This document shows, one piece after another, positions 19,484-27,786 of a stretch of 64,000 nucleotides of DNA. The position numbers and the translations under genes are program-made. Under the pieces are notes generated by a model. It was not told where the DNA came from. It made no database searches and saw only the letters and a list, made by a program, of their open reading frames with translations. The DNA lies in NCBI GenBank assembly GCA_041687355.1, contig JAWLCD010000011.1, positions 2,217 to 66,216 on the forward strand. The letters run 5' to 3'. Source of the DNA: Clostridia bacterium. Its GTDB lineage: Bacteria > Bacillota > Clostridia > Acetivibrionales > UBA4821. Positions within the stretch are counted from its first letter, which is position 1. The number at the start of each line of letters is the position of its first letter.

Positions 19484-20488
19484 CTATCCGCATCGTGCAA
19501 TAACCAAATCGGGAAGTGAAGATAAGAACTGGCGATAATGACTTTCTGGTATGCCTTGAAGGTAGGCTTTAGCTTCCTGGCAGTATTGCTGGGCTATAGT
19601 ATAAGCCTTGTCCAAGGCTCCGGTTTCATGCAAACCGGTTACTATGATGGACTGCAGCTTTTCAGTCGGAAGTGAATTATCCTTCAGGCCATTTATATGA
19701 GGCAGAAATCTGTTGTCTGTTTCAAGTAGTATAAGAATCGGGAGTGTAATATTTCCCTGCATAAGGTCGCTGAACACTGGTTTCCCCAATTTCTCGGGTG
19801 TTCCTCTTAAATCAAGGATATCATCTATTATTTGGAATGCATAGCCTAGTTTTAGCCCGTACAGTTCCATAATATCCGTATAGGTATCACCGGCGTCTGA
19901 TATTGAAGCCCCGGCTTTGCAGCATGCGGAGATTAGCCTGGCAGTTTTTTTCTCTATCCGTTTCATGTAATCCTGCAAATCATAAGAAGGTTCTTTTATA
20001 TCCAGATTCTGAAGAATCTCACCTTCACACATATTTTCAATAGCGTGAACCAAAAATTTCATCTCTCTGTGAAGACGATTGCTGCAGAGTATTTCAAATG
20101 CTTTAGCAAACAGATAATCACCTGCAAGGACTGATATATGGTTACCATATGTATAATTAAGTGTTGTACTGCTGTGTCTTAAAGCGGAATTATCGATAAT
20201 ATCATCATGGACAAGCGATGCAAGATGTATTAGCTCAGCAGCCGCAGCGGTTTTTACCAGCAGATGGGATAACGGTCCAAAGCACATTCCTGAATACAGA
20301 ACCAATAGAGGCCGAATGCGTTTACCGCCTGAGTTAATAATATGCGTACATATTTCTTCTACTTGCCCGCTAAGGCTTGCTGTAGAGTTGACAAGCTCCT
20401 GTTCAACCATTTCAATTTCTCGAAGTTCCCTAACCCTGATAAACGTTGAATAAGCCTGAGAGTGTTTATTCTTTGAAGGTATGTCCAT
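19484..20488 (-). CDS. Long-chain polyprenyl diphosphate synthase (HepT/IspB-like)
   Basis: LVHDDIIDNSALRH (first DDxxD) and FQIIDDILDL (second DDxxD). The family fold is present throughout. Confidence 0.9.
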   Translation of the reverse strand: MDIPSKNKHSQAYSTFIRVRELREIEMVEQELVNSTASLSGQVEEICTHIINSGGKRIRPLLVLYSGMCFGPLSHLLVKTAAAAELIHLASLVHDDIIDNSALRHSSTTLNYTYGNHISVLAGDYLFAKAFEILCSNRLHREMKFLVHAIENMCEGEILQNLDIKEPSYDLQDYMKRIEKKTARLISACCKAGASISDAGDTYTDIMELYGLKLGYAFQIIDDILDLRGTPEKLGKPVFSDLMQGNITLPILILLETDNRFLPHINGLKDNSLPTEKLQSIIVTGLHETGALDKAYTIAQQYCQEAKAYLQGIPESHYRQFLSSLPDLVIARCG

Positions 20489-20642
20489 GATTTATTCATC
20501 CCGCTGACATATATAGATTGAGTTTAATCTATTATTTGTGACCCAAGGGGGAAATATGCAGTAAGTAAGAAAAAACCTCTATCAATCCTGAAACAGCAAG
20601 ATAGGGCATGCATTATAAGTTGTATTTACCTGTCTCCTGGAA

Positions 20643-21971
20643 TCAGAGAGCCATTGAACTATCAACTATTGTACTTCCATACTTCTTGGCTGAGATAATC
20701 AAATCAAATGCAGAGTCATCCATTCCGCCGATTACTACACCCGCCTTACCATTATATACTCTCAAGGCTGACTCAAGCAGTACATGAGAGGAGGTATGAA
20801 AGATTAAAGGCAGTCTGGAGTAAGATTGAACTGTCTTTATAAAATTGTTAACCATCTCAGATTTGCTCAGGATATCTAGGCTAATACAGATAACCTGGTA
20901 GTCAAGAGACCTCAAGCTCATCAACTTTTCAGTTACAGTATCAAGACCGGTTTCATTCAGGCCTTCAATTTCTGCCTCATCGAATTCACTAAGAAGGTGG
21001 TAAATTTTTTCTCTGTTTATGTCTTCAGAGTTAGTGTGTTTTGTGGCTGAGCATATAAATGTTCCGAGACTGGGTCTGGGCTGCTCATTAGATGGCGGTA
21101 CACCAAGTTTATCCAATTCACCGCGTATAGCAGCAATAAATTCAGGGGTTGTACCGCAGCACCCTCCAATCAATCTGGTTCCATATTGTACAAAGTCTTT
21201 TACAGTATTTTTGAATTTTTCGGGTGTTTCATCATAGATTACCTTGTCACCTGAGCATTGGGGCATACCTGCATTTGCTTTTACACTTAGGTGTAGATTA
21301 GTAAACCCATACATCTGTTTAGTTATTTCGAGCAAGCCCTCAGGACCGGTAGAACAATTTGAGCCTATAAGATCAGCGCCCAGAGATTGACACACCAGCG
21401 CACAGACTGCGGGACTATTTCCCATAAGTGTACGGCCGTTTTCTTCAAAACTCATGGATGCAATTATTGGAAGAGGGGAGTTTTCACGGGCAGCAAGGAG
21501 CCCGGCCTTCATCTCATATAGGTCGGTCATTGTTTCAAAGTTAATTATGTCGGCACCAGCTTCCGTAACTGATACAACCTGTTCCGTGAAGATTTCATAC
21601 GCCTCCTCAAAAGAAAGTTCTCCTGAAGGTTCCAACAGCTTTCCTGTGGGTCCAATTGAGGCGGCAACGAAAGCAATGTCTCCTGCTGCCTCTTTGGCAA
21701 GTTTAACAGAAGCTGAGTTTATTTCGTGAACTTTATCCTGGAGGCCGAATTTTTCCAGAACAGCTCTATTAGCTCCGAAAGTATTAGTTTGTATTACATG
21801 TGCACCTGCTTCTACATATGATAAGTATAACTCCCTTACCCTGTCAGGATGCTCAATATTCCAAAGTTCAGGGCACTCTCCACCGGTCATACCCATATTC
21901 TGAAGCATTGTGCCCTTGGAACCGTCAAAGGCCAGAACTTCATTTTTTATTCTTCGTAGAAAATTATTCAA
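20643..21971 (-). CDS. Homocysteine S-methyltransferase-domain protein (MetH N-terminal-like) with a short degenerate C-terminal extension
   Basis: The Hcy-binding barrel has FDGSKGTMLQ, IQTNTFGANR, the Zn ligand context GSNCSTGP and GGCCGTTPEFI. The last roughly 130 aa only faintly resemble the start of a pterin-binding domain. Confidence 0.85.
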   Translation of the reverse strand: MNNFLRRIKNEVLAFDGSKGTMLQNMGMTGGECPELWNIEHPDRVRELYLSYVEAGAHVIQTNTFGANRAVLEKFGLQDKVHEINSASVKLAKEAAGDIAFVAASIGPTGKLLEPSGELSFEEAYEIFTEQVVSVTEAGADIINFETMTDLYEMKAGLLAARENSPLPIIASMSFEENGRTLMGNSPAVCALVCQSLGADLIGSNCSTGPEGLLEITKQMYGFTNLHLSVKANAGMPQCSGDKVIYDETPEKFKNTVKDFVQYGTRLIGGCCGTTPEFIAAIRGELDKLGVPPSNEQPRPSLGTFICSATKHTNSEDINREKIYHLLSEFDEAEIEGLNETGLDTVTEKLMSLRSLDYQVICISLDILSKSEMVNNFIKTVQSYSRLPLIFHTSSHVLLESALRVYNGKAGVVIGGMDDSAFDLIISAKKYGSTIVDSSMAL

Positions 21972-22181
21972 GTAATCAACTCCTCAGCCAGCTTGATACT
22001 CAATTCAATAGAGCTTACGACTATATTATACTATACTACAAACAGCTTATGCGTCAAATGCTAAAGGTCAGAAAAAGGTTTGTGGCAATAAACTACTCAA
22101 TACACCATTGATATGTTATAATGTTTCACGTAAAGATGTATATATTAATTTGATAAAAGGAAAAATGATTATTACGAGGTT

Positions 22182-22739
22182 TTGCCTTTAAATAAGACTC
22201 TGGTGGTGGACCGATTGAGTATTCCTAATTTCATTACTATTGCAAGATTCTTTCTTATTCCTTTGTTTGTTGTGCTTATGCTGGACAGGCAATATACTAT
22301 TGCCCTGGTGGTCTTCCTGTTTGCCGGGTTTACCGATGCTGTAGACGGTTACATAGCAAGAAAATATAAGATGATTACAAAGCTGGGGCAGATACTTGAC
22401 CCACTTGCAGATAAGCTTGTATTGCTTACTGCTCTTGTTATGATAGCTGTTCAGAACCTGGTGCCTAATATTTATCCAATTATAGTAATTGTAGCTGCCA
22501 AGGAGATATTAATATGCATAGGAAGCGCAGTGCTCTTCAGAAAGGGAGTTGTAGTTAAGGCCAATTGGTACGGTAAGGTATCAACCGTAATTTTTTATGC
22601 TGCAATAACTCTTTCGATATTAATACCGGCCTATGGTAGGTTTCTAATGCTGGTTGCAGTTTCTGCCGCTATATTTGCGTTCATTATGTATTGCCTTAAT
22701 TATCTCAGAATCCGAAAGTCAATTTCATATACAAGGTAA
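22182..22739 (+). CDS. pgsA: CDP-diacylglycerol--glycerol-3-phosphate 3-phosphatidyltransferase
   Basis: CDP-alcohol phosphatidyltransferase motif DAVDGYIARKYKMITKLGQILDPLADK. TTG start. Multi-TM. Confidence 0.85.
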   Translation: MPLNKTLVVDRLSIPNFITIARFFLIPLFVVLMLDRQYTIALVVFLFAGFTDAVDGYIARKYKMITKLGQILDPLADKLVLLTALVMIAVQNLVPNIYPIIVIVAAKEILICIGSAVLFRKGVVVKANWYGKVSTVIFYAAITLSILIPAYGRFLMLVAVSAAIFAFIMYCLNYLRIRKSISYTR

Positions 22740-22851
22740 TTACTTTTGGATGCATAGAGATTGACCACTAACAAGGATTTTGATTTACTAACCAAGTCAA
22801 AAGTAACCTTGAAAAAATCAAGCAGAAGTATTATAATAAATAAGCATTGCT

Positions 22852-22928
22852 CGGGATGTGGCTCAGCTTGGTAGAGCGCGGCGTTCGGGACGCTGAGGTC
22901 GCAGGTTCAAATCCTGTCATCCCGACCA
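22852..22928 (+). tRNA. tRNA-Pro (anticodon CGG), CCA encoded
   Basis: Manual cloverleaf: acceptor CGGGATG/CATCCCG; D arm GCTC-AGCTTGGTA-GAGC; anticodon arm CGGCG-TTCGGGA-CGCTG (CGG followed by G37); T arm GCAGG-TTCAAAT-CCTGT; discriminator A plus CCA. Confidence 0.9.
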
Positions 22929-22956
22929 TAAATAGTAACCATAGGGATTACCAAAT

Positions 22957-22992
22957 AAAAAAGAGGTCTTTGCATGCAAAGACCTCTTTTTT
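22957..22992 (+). terminator. Intrinsic terminator after tRNA-Pro
   Basis: AAAAAAGAGGTCTTTGCA/TGCAAAGACCTCTTTTTT is a perfect palindrome with flanking A and T runs. Confidence 0.8.
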
Positions 22993-23530
22993 ATTTGGTG
23001 AAGCAGAGGGTCCTGTTTCTTTATCGTTCATTCCTAATTATGTACTTGCGGCACTTCAACCATTACCGGTTCCATATTTAAGTTAACCAGCATAATATGC
23101 TAGCATAATTAAGTAAACACATTTTATTACCTGGGGTTTGACTAGGTACAGGTAAAACCGCTGTCAGAAAGATTTTTCTATGGCATGTAGTGTGGTTTTA
23201 ATTCAATGCCACATATGAACAGGAGATAAAAAACAGGTTAAAAGGAAAGGAATGGTGTATAGGGAAATAGGATTTACTGATTCCAGTAAGCTGCCGAAAG
23301 TGGTACATATCAAAAGTTCAGGTCTTTTTCATGCAGAAAGAAGCCATATCCACGCCGTCATTTGAATAACAGCATGGTTTTTCTGTATGTTCGCTATTAC
23401 ATCAGCGCAGCTTCGGAATCTGTAAATCTGGATGTATTATTCTTGAAACCAGAGTGTGTCAGGGGGTGGCCACCGGATAAAAAAGAAGCGGATGTCTGCA
23501 GGTTAAAAAAGTGTTGAAGGAGGGGGAAAA

Positions 23531-24721
23531 ATGATTACATCAAGTGTCTGCACAAAACCGCAAAGGGATCAAGGAACTTTAATCAATGCGTATGAGGTGA
23601 ACAAGAAATTTGTTTATCCTCGTATCAGTGCAGAGGACAGCATCATTTTGAGGTATCACAAGTCCTTTGTTCCGGATATTGACTTTCAGATTCTGCAGGA
23701 TGTGTCACTTCGGGAGGGGGGTAGGATTATCGGACCCGTCGATGTCAATGGTGTAAACCTGTTTATTCTTGATATGGCGTCCCTGATGGCAGACGGGAAT
23801 TTCAAGTCTACGGTTGCATGTATGGCTGTCGCAAGGAGTATACAACAGGGAGTGCAGAGGCTGGCGGTGTGCTCGTCAGGCAATACAGCCGTCGCAATGG
23901 CAAGGTACTGCCGGGATAAAGACATCAAGCTTGACATATTTATTCCAAGGCTGTCTTCTTATAAGTTTGATTATTCAGTATTGGACCGTAAAAAGCAAAC
24001 CTTGTGGATAGTTGATAAGCCTGAGTGGGGAGTCCGCAGTACTGCAGAGACTTTTGCACACGAGCATGGGCTGCTGCTAGTTCCATCCCTGGGGCACCAG
24101 GTCGAAGCGAACGCCTGCAGGTCTTTTCTCGTCCTGGAATACATGCTGAAAAACAATATTGTTTTTGACTGGGCCACTCAGGCCGTGTCAGGAGGGCATG
24201 GACCGGTGGGGTTTTATAAAAAGCTCTATTCGCTTGTTGAGGATGGGGTAATCCAGCCTGAGATAATTCCAGGCTTCATCGGGGTTCAGCAGTCGGGAAT
24301 ATGCCCTATGCATAATGCCTGGATAAATGGGCGCAGTTATCTGACCGGTGAGGATGTAAATTTGCATCCTCAAGAGGTTCTAGAGCCTACACTTTACTGC
24401 ACCCGACCTGATGAGGGATACCGTTACCTTTACAAGAATGTTGTAAAGCCTAAAGGAGGAGCCTTCTACGCAATTGACTCCAAGGAATATTCAAGATGGG
24501 AGAGTGCGGCGCTTGGGGTATTGATAAGCTGTGGTTTCAGGCTTAAGAAGAGGAATATGGAAGGACATGGTGTGATTACAGAGAAAGCAGGAATACTTAG
24601 CTTAATGGGAGCCCTGAAGGCATTTGAAGAAGGACGGATAGCTTCAGGGGAGAATGTTCTGGTTACTTTTACGGGCACAACCGAAGTCGCAGAACCTATT
24701 CAGTGGCTTAAAGTTATGTAG
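23531..24721 (+). CDS. Fold-type II PLP-dependent enzyme (threonine synthase / cysteine synthase superfamily), specificity unknown
   Basis: The putative PLP-lysine context is DGNFKSTVA, followed by a CSSGNTAVAMARY loop and QAVSGGHGPVG (the glycine-rich phosphate loop). Strong RBS GAAGGAGGGGG. Confidence 0.8.
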   Translation: MITSSVCTKPQRDQGTLINAYEVNKKFVYPRISAEDSIILRYHKSFVPDIDFQILQDVSLREGGRIIGPVDVNGVNLFILDMASLMADGNFKSTVACMAVARSIQQGVQRLAVCSSGNTAVAMARYCRDKDIKLDIFIPRLSSYKFDYSVLDRKKQTLWIVDKPEWGVRSTAETFAHEHGLLLVPSLGHQVEANACRSFLVLEYMLKNNIVFDWATQAVSGGHGPVGFYKKLYSLVEDGVIQPEIIPGFIGVQQSGICPMHNAWINGRSYLTGEDVNLHPQEVLEPTLYCTRPDEGYRYLYKNVVKPKGGAFYAIDSKEYSRWESAALGVLISCGFRLKKRNMEGHGVITEKAGILSLMGALKAFEEGRIASGENVLVTFTGTTEVAEPIQWLKVM

Positions 24722-24756
24722 AGATATAAGTTAAGATTATTATGAGATTTACTTTT

Positions 24757-24783
24757 AAATCAGGCAGTATGCCTGATTTTTTA
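24757..24783 (+). terminator. Intrinsic terminator of the PLP-enzyme gene
   Basis: AAATCAGGC-AGTAT-GCCTGATTT followed by TTTT. Confidence 0.75.
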
Positions 24784-24994
24784 TCCGATGAATACCGCCG
24801 CTAAGACTCCCCTCTTGTTCAAGTGGGAGCATTAAAGATGGACACTATCGCTAAGATTTCTTTGAAATCAAGCGACTAGTAGCCTAAGGCGGCGCTACGT
24901 CCCTGGATAACGGCTTCTAAGATTCAGATGGAGAAAGAAACTCCACCTGAATCCAAGAATCCTGTTTATCCGATGAATACCGCCGCTAAGACTC
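24781..24994 (-). repeat. Copy A of an unclassified structured element of about 185 nt, bounded by a perfect 29-nt direct repeat
   Basis: TTATCCGATGAATACCGCCGCTAAGACTC occurs at 24781-24809 and again at 24966-24994. The core is the reverse complement of 58220-58400, with about 12 differences over about 182 nt by manual alignment. The strand was assigned from G-U versus A-C asymmetry in the terminal hairpin. Confidence 0.75.
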
Positions 24995-25094
24995 TCCTAG
25001 AGGCTTGAATAATATTGGTGTGATTGCGGCAATAATAATACCTGTGAACTTATAAGTGCTTAAGCAGAGAAATAAGGCCGGGAGATGAAAAATC

Positions 25095-25376
25095 ATGGAG
25101 AAAGATAAGGGCAGATCCAAGGCTCCATTTGATATAGATAAGGTATCATTTAAAAATGTAAACAGTAGTTTTGAAAAGAAATTCAGGGAACGCTATGAGC
25201 AGTCGATTAAGATGATATCTGATGATTTAGGCGGACTAGTTAGTGCTATAGGTTCCAATTCACTGGATATTCTTGAGAAAATGGCCCAGCGCATAGAATA
25301 CTATGACATGAACTCAGATTTTGAAGACAGTTATCATCAACTTCTTAAGGAATACGAACCGTTCACAGAAACCTAG
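25095..25376 (+). CDS. Hypothetical acidic protein (93 aa)
   Basis: Open frame with a GGAGATGAAAAATCATG RBS. A bidirectional hairpin lies downstream (CAGCAGATTCATCTGCTG). No motif recognised. Confidence 0.5.
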   Translation: MEKDKGRSKAPFDIDKVSFKNVNSSFEKKFRERYEQSIKMISDDLGGLVSAIGSNSLDILEKMAQRIEYYDMNSDFEDSYHQLLKEYEPFTET

Positions 25377-25407
25377 TTCAGCAGATTCATCTGCTGAATA
25401 ACTACTG

Positions 25408-26538
25408 TTATGGTTTCAAGATTACCTTAATGCAGTTATCCTTCTTTTCATCAAAGACTTCATACCCATAGTCTCCTTCTTTGAGAGGCAGAACATGAGT
25501 TATTATATCGGTTGCATCGAACTTGTTTTCGCTAATAAGATTCAGAATTGGTTCTACATAAGAGTGGGCAGGACACTGTCCCATCTTCAGGGTTATATTT
25601 CTTGCAAAAAAGTCACCAAGGGGAAACATATTGTATCTAGCCCCATATACTCCTACAAGTGACACTGTTCCTCCCTTTCTTACTGCCTGAGTAGCTATAT
25701 CGATAGCCGACTTGGTACCTCCCTGTATTTTCAGGGCGGATTCAATTATTTCCACAAGATTCATTTTTCCATCCATACCTACGCAGTCGATGACTGCATC
25801 GGCACCCCCGTGAGTTATTTCTTTTATATGTTCACCTGCATTATCATGATGCTCAAAATTTATTACTTCAACATTGTTGTGCTTTCTGGCGTGTTCCAGT
25901 CGGTAGTCAATATAGTCAACAGCAATTATTCTATCCGCACCCTTAAACGCAGCCCATTTCTGAGCAAGCAGGCCTACAGGGCCGCATCCAAGAACTACAA
26001 CCGTATCGCCGTCTTTTACACCTGCGTTCTCAACACCCCAGTAAGAGGTTGGAAGAATATCAGTGAGAAACAGGACTTGTTCATCAGTAAGGTCATCAGG
26101 CACAACAGTAGGACCAACATTGGCGTAAGGTACCCTCAAGTATTCAGCCTGACCTCCGTCGTAACCTCCGTAGGTCTTGCTGTAGCCGAAAATTGCACCT
26201 ACTTCCCCATTGGCATTTGAGTTATCGCATTGAGACCAGAGTTCATGGCTGCAGTACCAGCAGTGCCCGCATGATATAGGGAAGGGGACTATCACCCTGT
26301 CGCCCTTCTTTAACTTTGTTACATCCGGCCCGGCTTCCTCTACAATGCCCATAGTCTCATGCCCGAGGATAAAACCCTTTGGCATATTTGGCACCATCCC
26401 ATGTATCAGATGCAGATCAGAGCCGCATATTGCAGTTGAAGTTACTTTCACAATAATATCATCGGGTTCTTTTATTTCAGGGTCATCAACGTTATTCATT
26501 TTTACCTTCTTAATACCTTCATAAGTAAGTGCTTTCAT
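25408..26538 (-). CDS. Zinc-dependent alcohol/formaldehyde dehydrogenase family protein
   Basis: Catalytic Zn site CGSDLH...GHETMG and structural Zn site CGHCWYCSHELWSQC. Rossmann motif VLGCGPVGL. The start was set at MKALTYEG after the GGAGGAAAAT RBS; the longer annotated ORF is an upstream extension. Confidence 0.9.
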   Translation of the reverse strand: MKALTYEGIKKVKMNNVDDPEIKEPDDIIVKVTSTAICGSDLHLIHGMVPNMPKGFILGHETMGIVEEAGPDVTKLKKGDRVIVPFPISCGHCWYCSHELWSQCDNSNANGEVGAIFGYSKTYGGYDGGQAEYLRVPYANVGPTVVPDDLTDEQVLFLTDILPTSYWGVENAGVKDGDTVVVLGCGPVGLLAQKWAAFKGADRIIAVDYIDYRLEHARKHNNVEVINFEHHDNAGEHIKEITHGGADAVIDCVGMDGKMNLVEIIESALKIQGGTKSAIDIATQAVRKGGTVSLVGVYGARYNMFPLGDFFARNITLKMGQCPAHSYVEPILNLISENKFDATDIITHVLPLKEGDYGYEVFDEKKDNCIKVILKP

Positions 26539-26779
26539 ATTTTCCTCCAGGAATTCTCTCTTATTAGAGTTTCCATTGGAAGTGTAATTATTCAAATCAA
26601 TAATTTGACTTGTGCAGCGATTAAGTTTGCGGAGAAATCCTGATGCCATCGGGTAGCCCGGGCATACGGCTGGGACTTGAACCCAGCCAAAGCCCGAGTC
26701 TACAACTTAATGGAGCTTCTAGGTACAGAGGAAATGAATTGAATAGCGGATAAGTTTGCGGAGAAATCTAATATGGCTG

Positions 26780-27508
26780 CTATATTTCTCCAAGGAGTAC
26801 GACCAGCATTACTCCGGCAAGGAAAGAAAAAATACTGCTGTGGCTTGTCAGTTTAAAGCTTGAGGATGGTATAAGCTCATCGGTACATATATAAATCATC
26901 AGACCTGCGGTAGCTCCGATAATCAGACCAACTACCTGGGTAGGAATATTCTGATACAGAAAATATGCAACAAAAAATCCAACTAGGATGGGAATAGCAG
27001 TGGAGGAAGAAATAATAAACGACTTCAGCCTCTTTTTTGAGCAGTAATAGTATGGTGCTGAAGTACAGATTCCTTCGGGGATGTTGTGTATTGCTATTGC
27101 CAGAGCAATGGCAAGACTTACCTTTATGTCTGAAACTGAACCGATTGCTATAGCCATACCTTCAGGGAGATTGTGCAGAAAAATACCCAGGATAAGGTAT
27201 AGAGAAGTTTTCTTCAGTTCACAGCCTGGGTTCTCGGAACCTAATTCAGGATGTATATGTGGAATAAATTTGTCAACAAGGTGCATGGCAAGTGCGCCTA
27301 AGAATATTCCTGCTATGCATATCAGGGTTGAAGAGAGCTTAATACTCTCAGGAATCAGTTCCAGAAAAGATATGGCCAGCATAACTCCTGCTGCAAAAGA
27401 AAGCATAATGAAAATAAAGTTTTCAGAGGGCCTTTTTACAATCCCAATTAGTGAACCAATAACCGGACCAAGAACTGAAATAGCTAAAATAAATAATATC
27501 GGATCCAT
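26780..27508 (-). CDS. ZIP-family divalent metal transporter (ZupT-like)
   Basis: 242 aa, multi-TM, with the HNLPEGMAIA and HNIPEG motifs typical of ZIP/ZupT. Confidence 0.9.
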   Translation of the reverse strand: MDPILFILAISVLGPVIGSLIGIVKRPSENFIFIMLSFAAGVMLAISFLELIPESIKLSSTLICIAGIFLGALAMHLVDKFIPHIHPELGSENPGCELKKTSLYLILGIFLHNLPEGMAIAIGSVSDIKVSLAIALAIAIHNIPEGICTSAPYYYCSKKRLKSFIISSSTAIPILVGFFVAYFLYQNIPTQVVGLIIGATAGLMIYICTDELIPSSSFKLTSHSSIFSFLAGVMLVVLLGEI

Positions 27509-27786
27509 TTTATTCCTTCCATTCCTTCTGCTGTTAGTGTACTCTATATATCTTCAATTTTAAATATAGATTATGGTTAATCATAAGTACGGGAACCGTA
27601 AATAAATCATAAATATTAATTATAGTTTTGTCAACTATAGTTAATTTGCAAAAAATGTGCCAGTTTGTTTTTCTATATACTTTTTACTGCGTATTGCACA
27701 ACATAATTTGTTAATGTTAAAATTGCATGTAGGAAGCCTAGGCGTCAAAAAATAATTGTGAATAGAAATATAGGGAGGTATTTTAC

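Noticed and set aside
23455-23480. T-box-like string AGGGGGTGGCCACCGG upstream of the PLP enzyme
   Set aside because: It differs from the conserved GGGTGGTACCGCG core at several invariant positions and is itself a simple palindrome (GGTGGCCACC). No Stem I/specifier region and no terminator accompany it.
25408-26649. Long N-terminal extensions offered by the ORF track
   Set aside because: The extensions concerned are the ADH gene at 26649, nusB at 10723, gcvT at 50017, gcvH at 51128, the CotS-like gene at 48923 and the dGTPase-like gene at 7213. In each case an internal start codon has a proper GGAGG-type RBS and marks where family homology begins, while the upstream extension runs through intergenic repeats or hairpins.
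26650-26710. Possible tRNA or tRNA pseudogene on the minus strand (GGTTCAAGTCC T-loop)
   Set aside because: I could not build a cloverleaf. No 5' acceptor strand complementary to CCGTATG, no D arm and no anticodon arm are present, so only the T-arm-like hairpin exists. It is kept as part of the direct-repeat finding, not as a tRNA.
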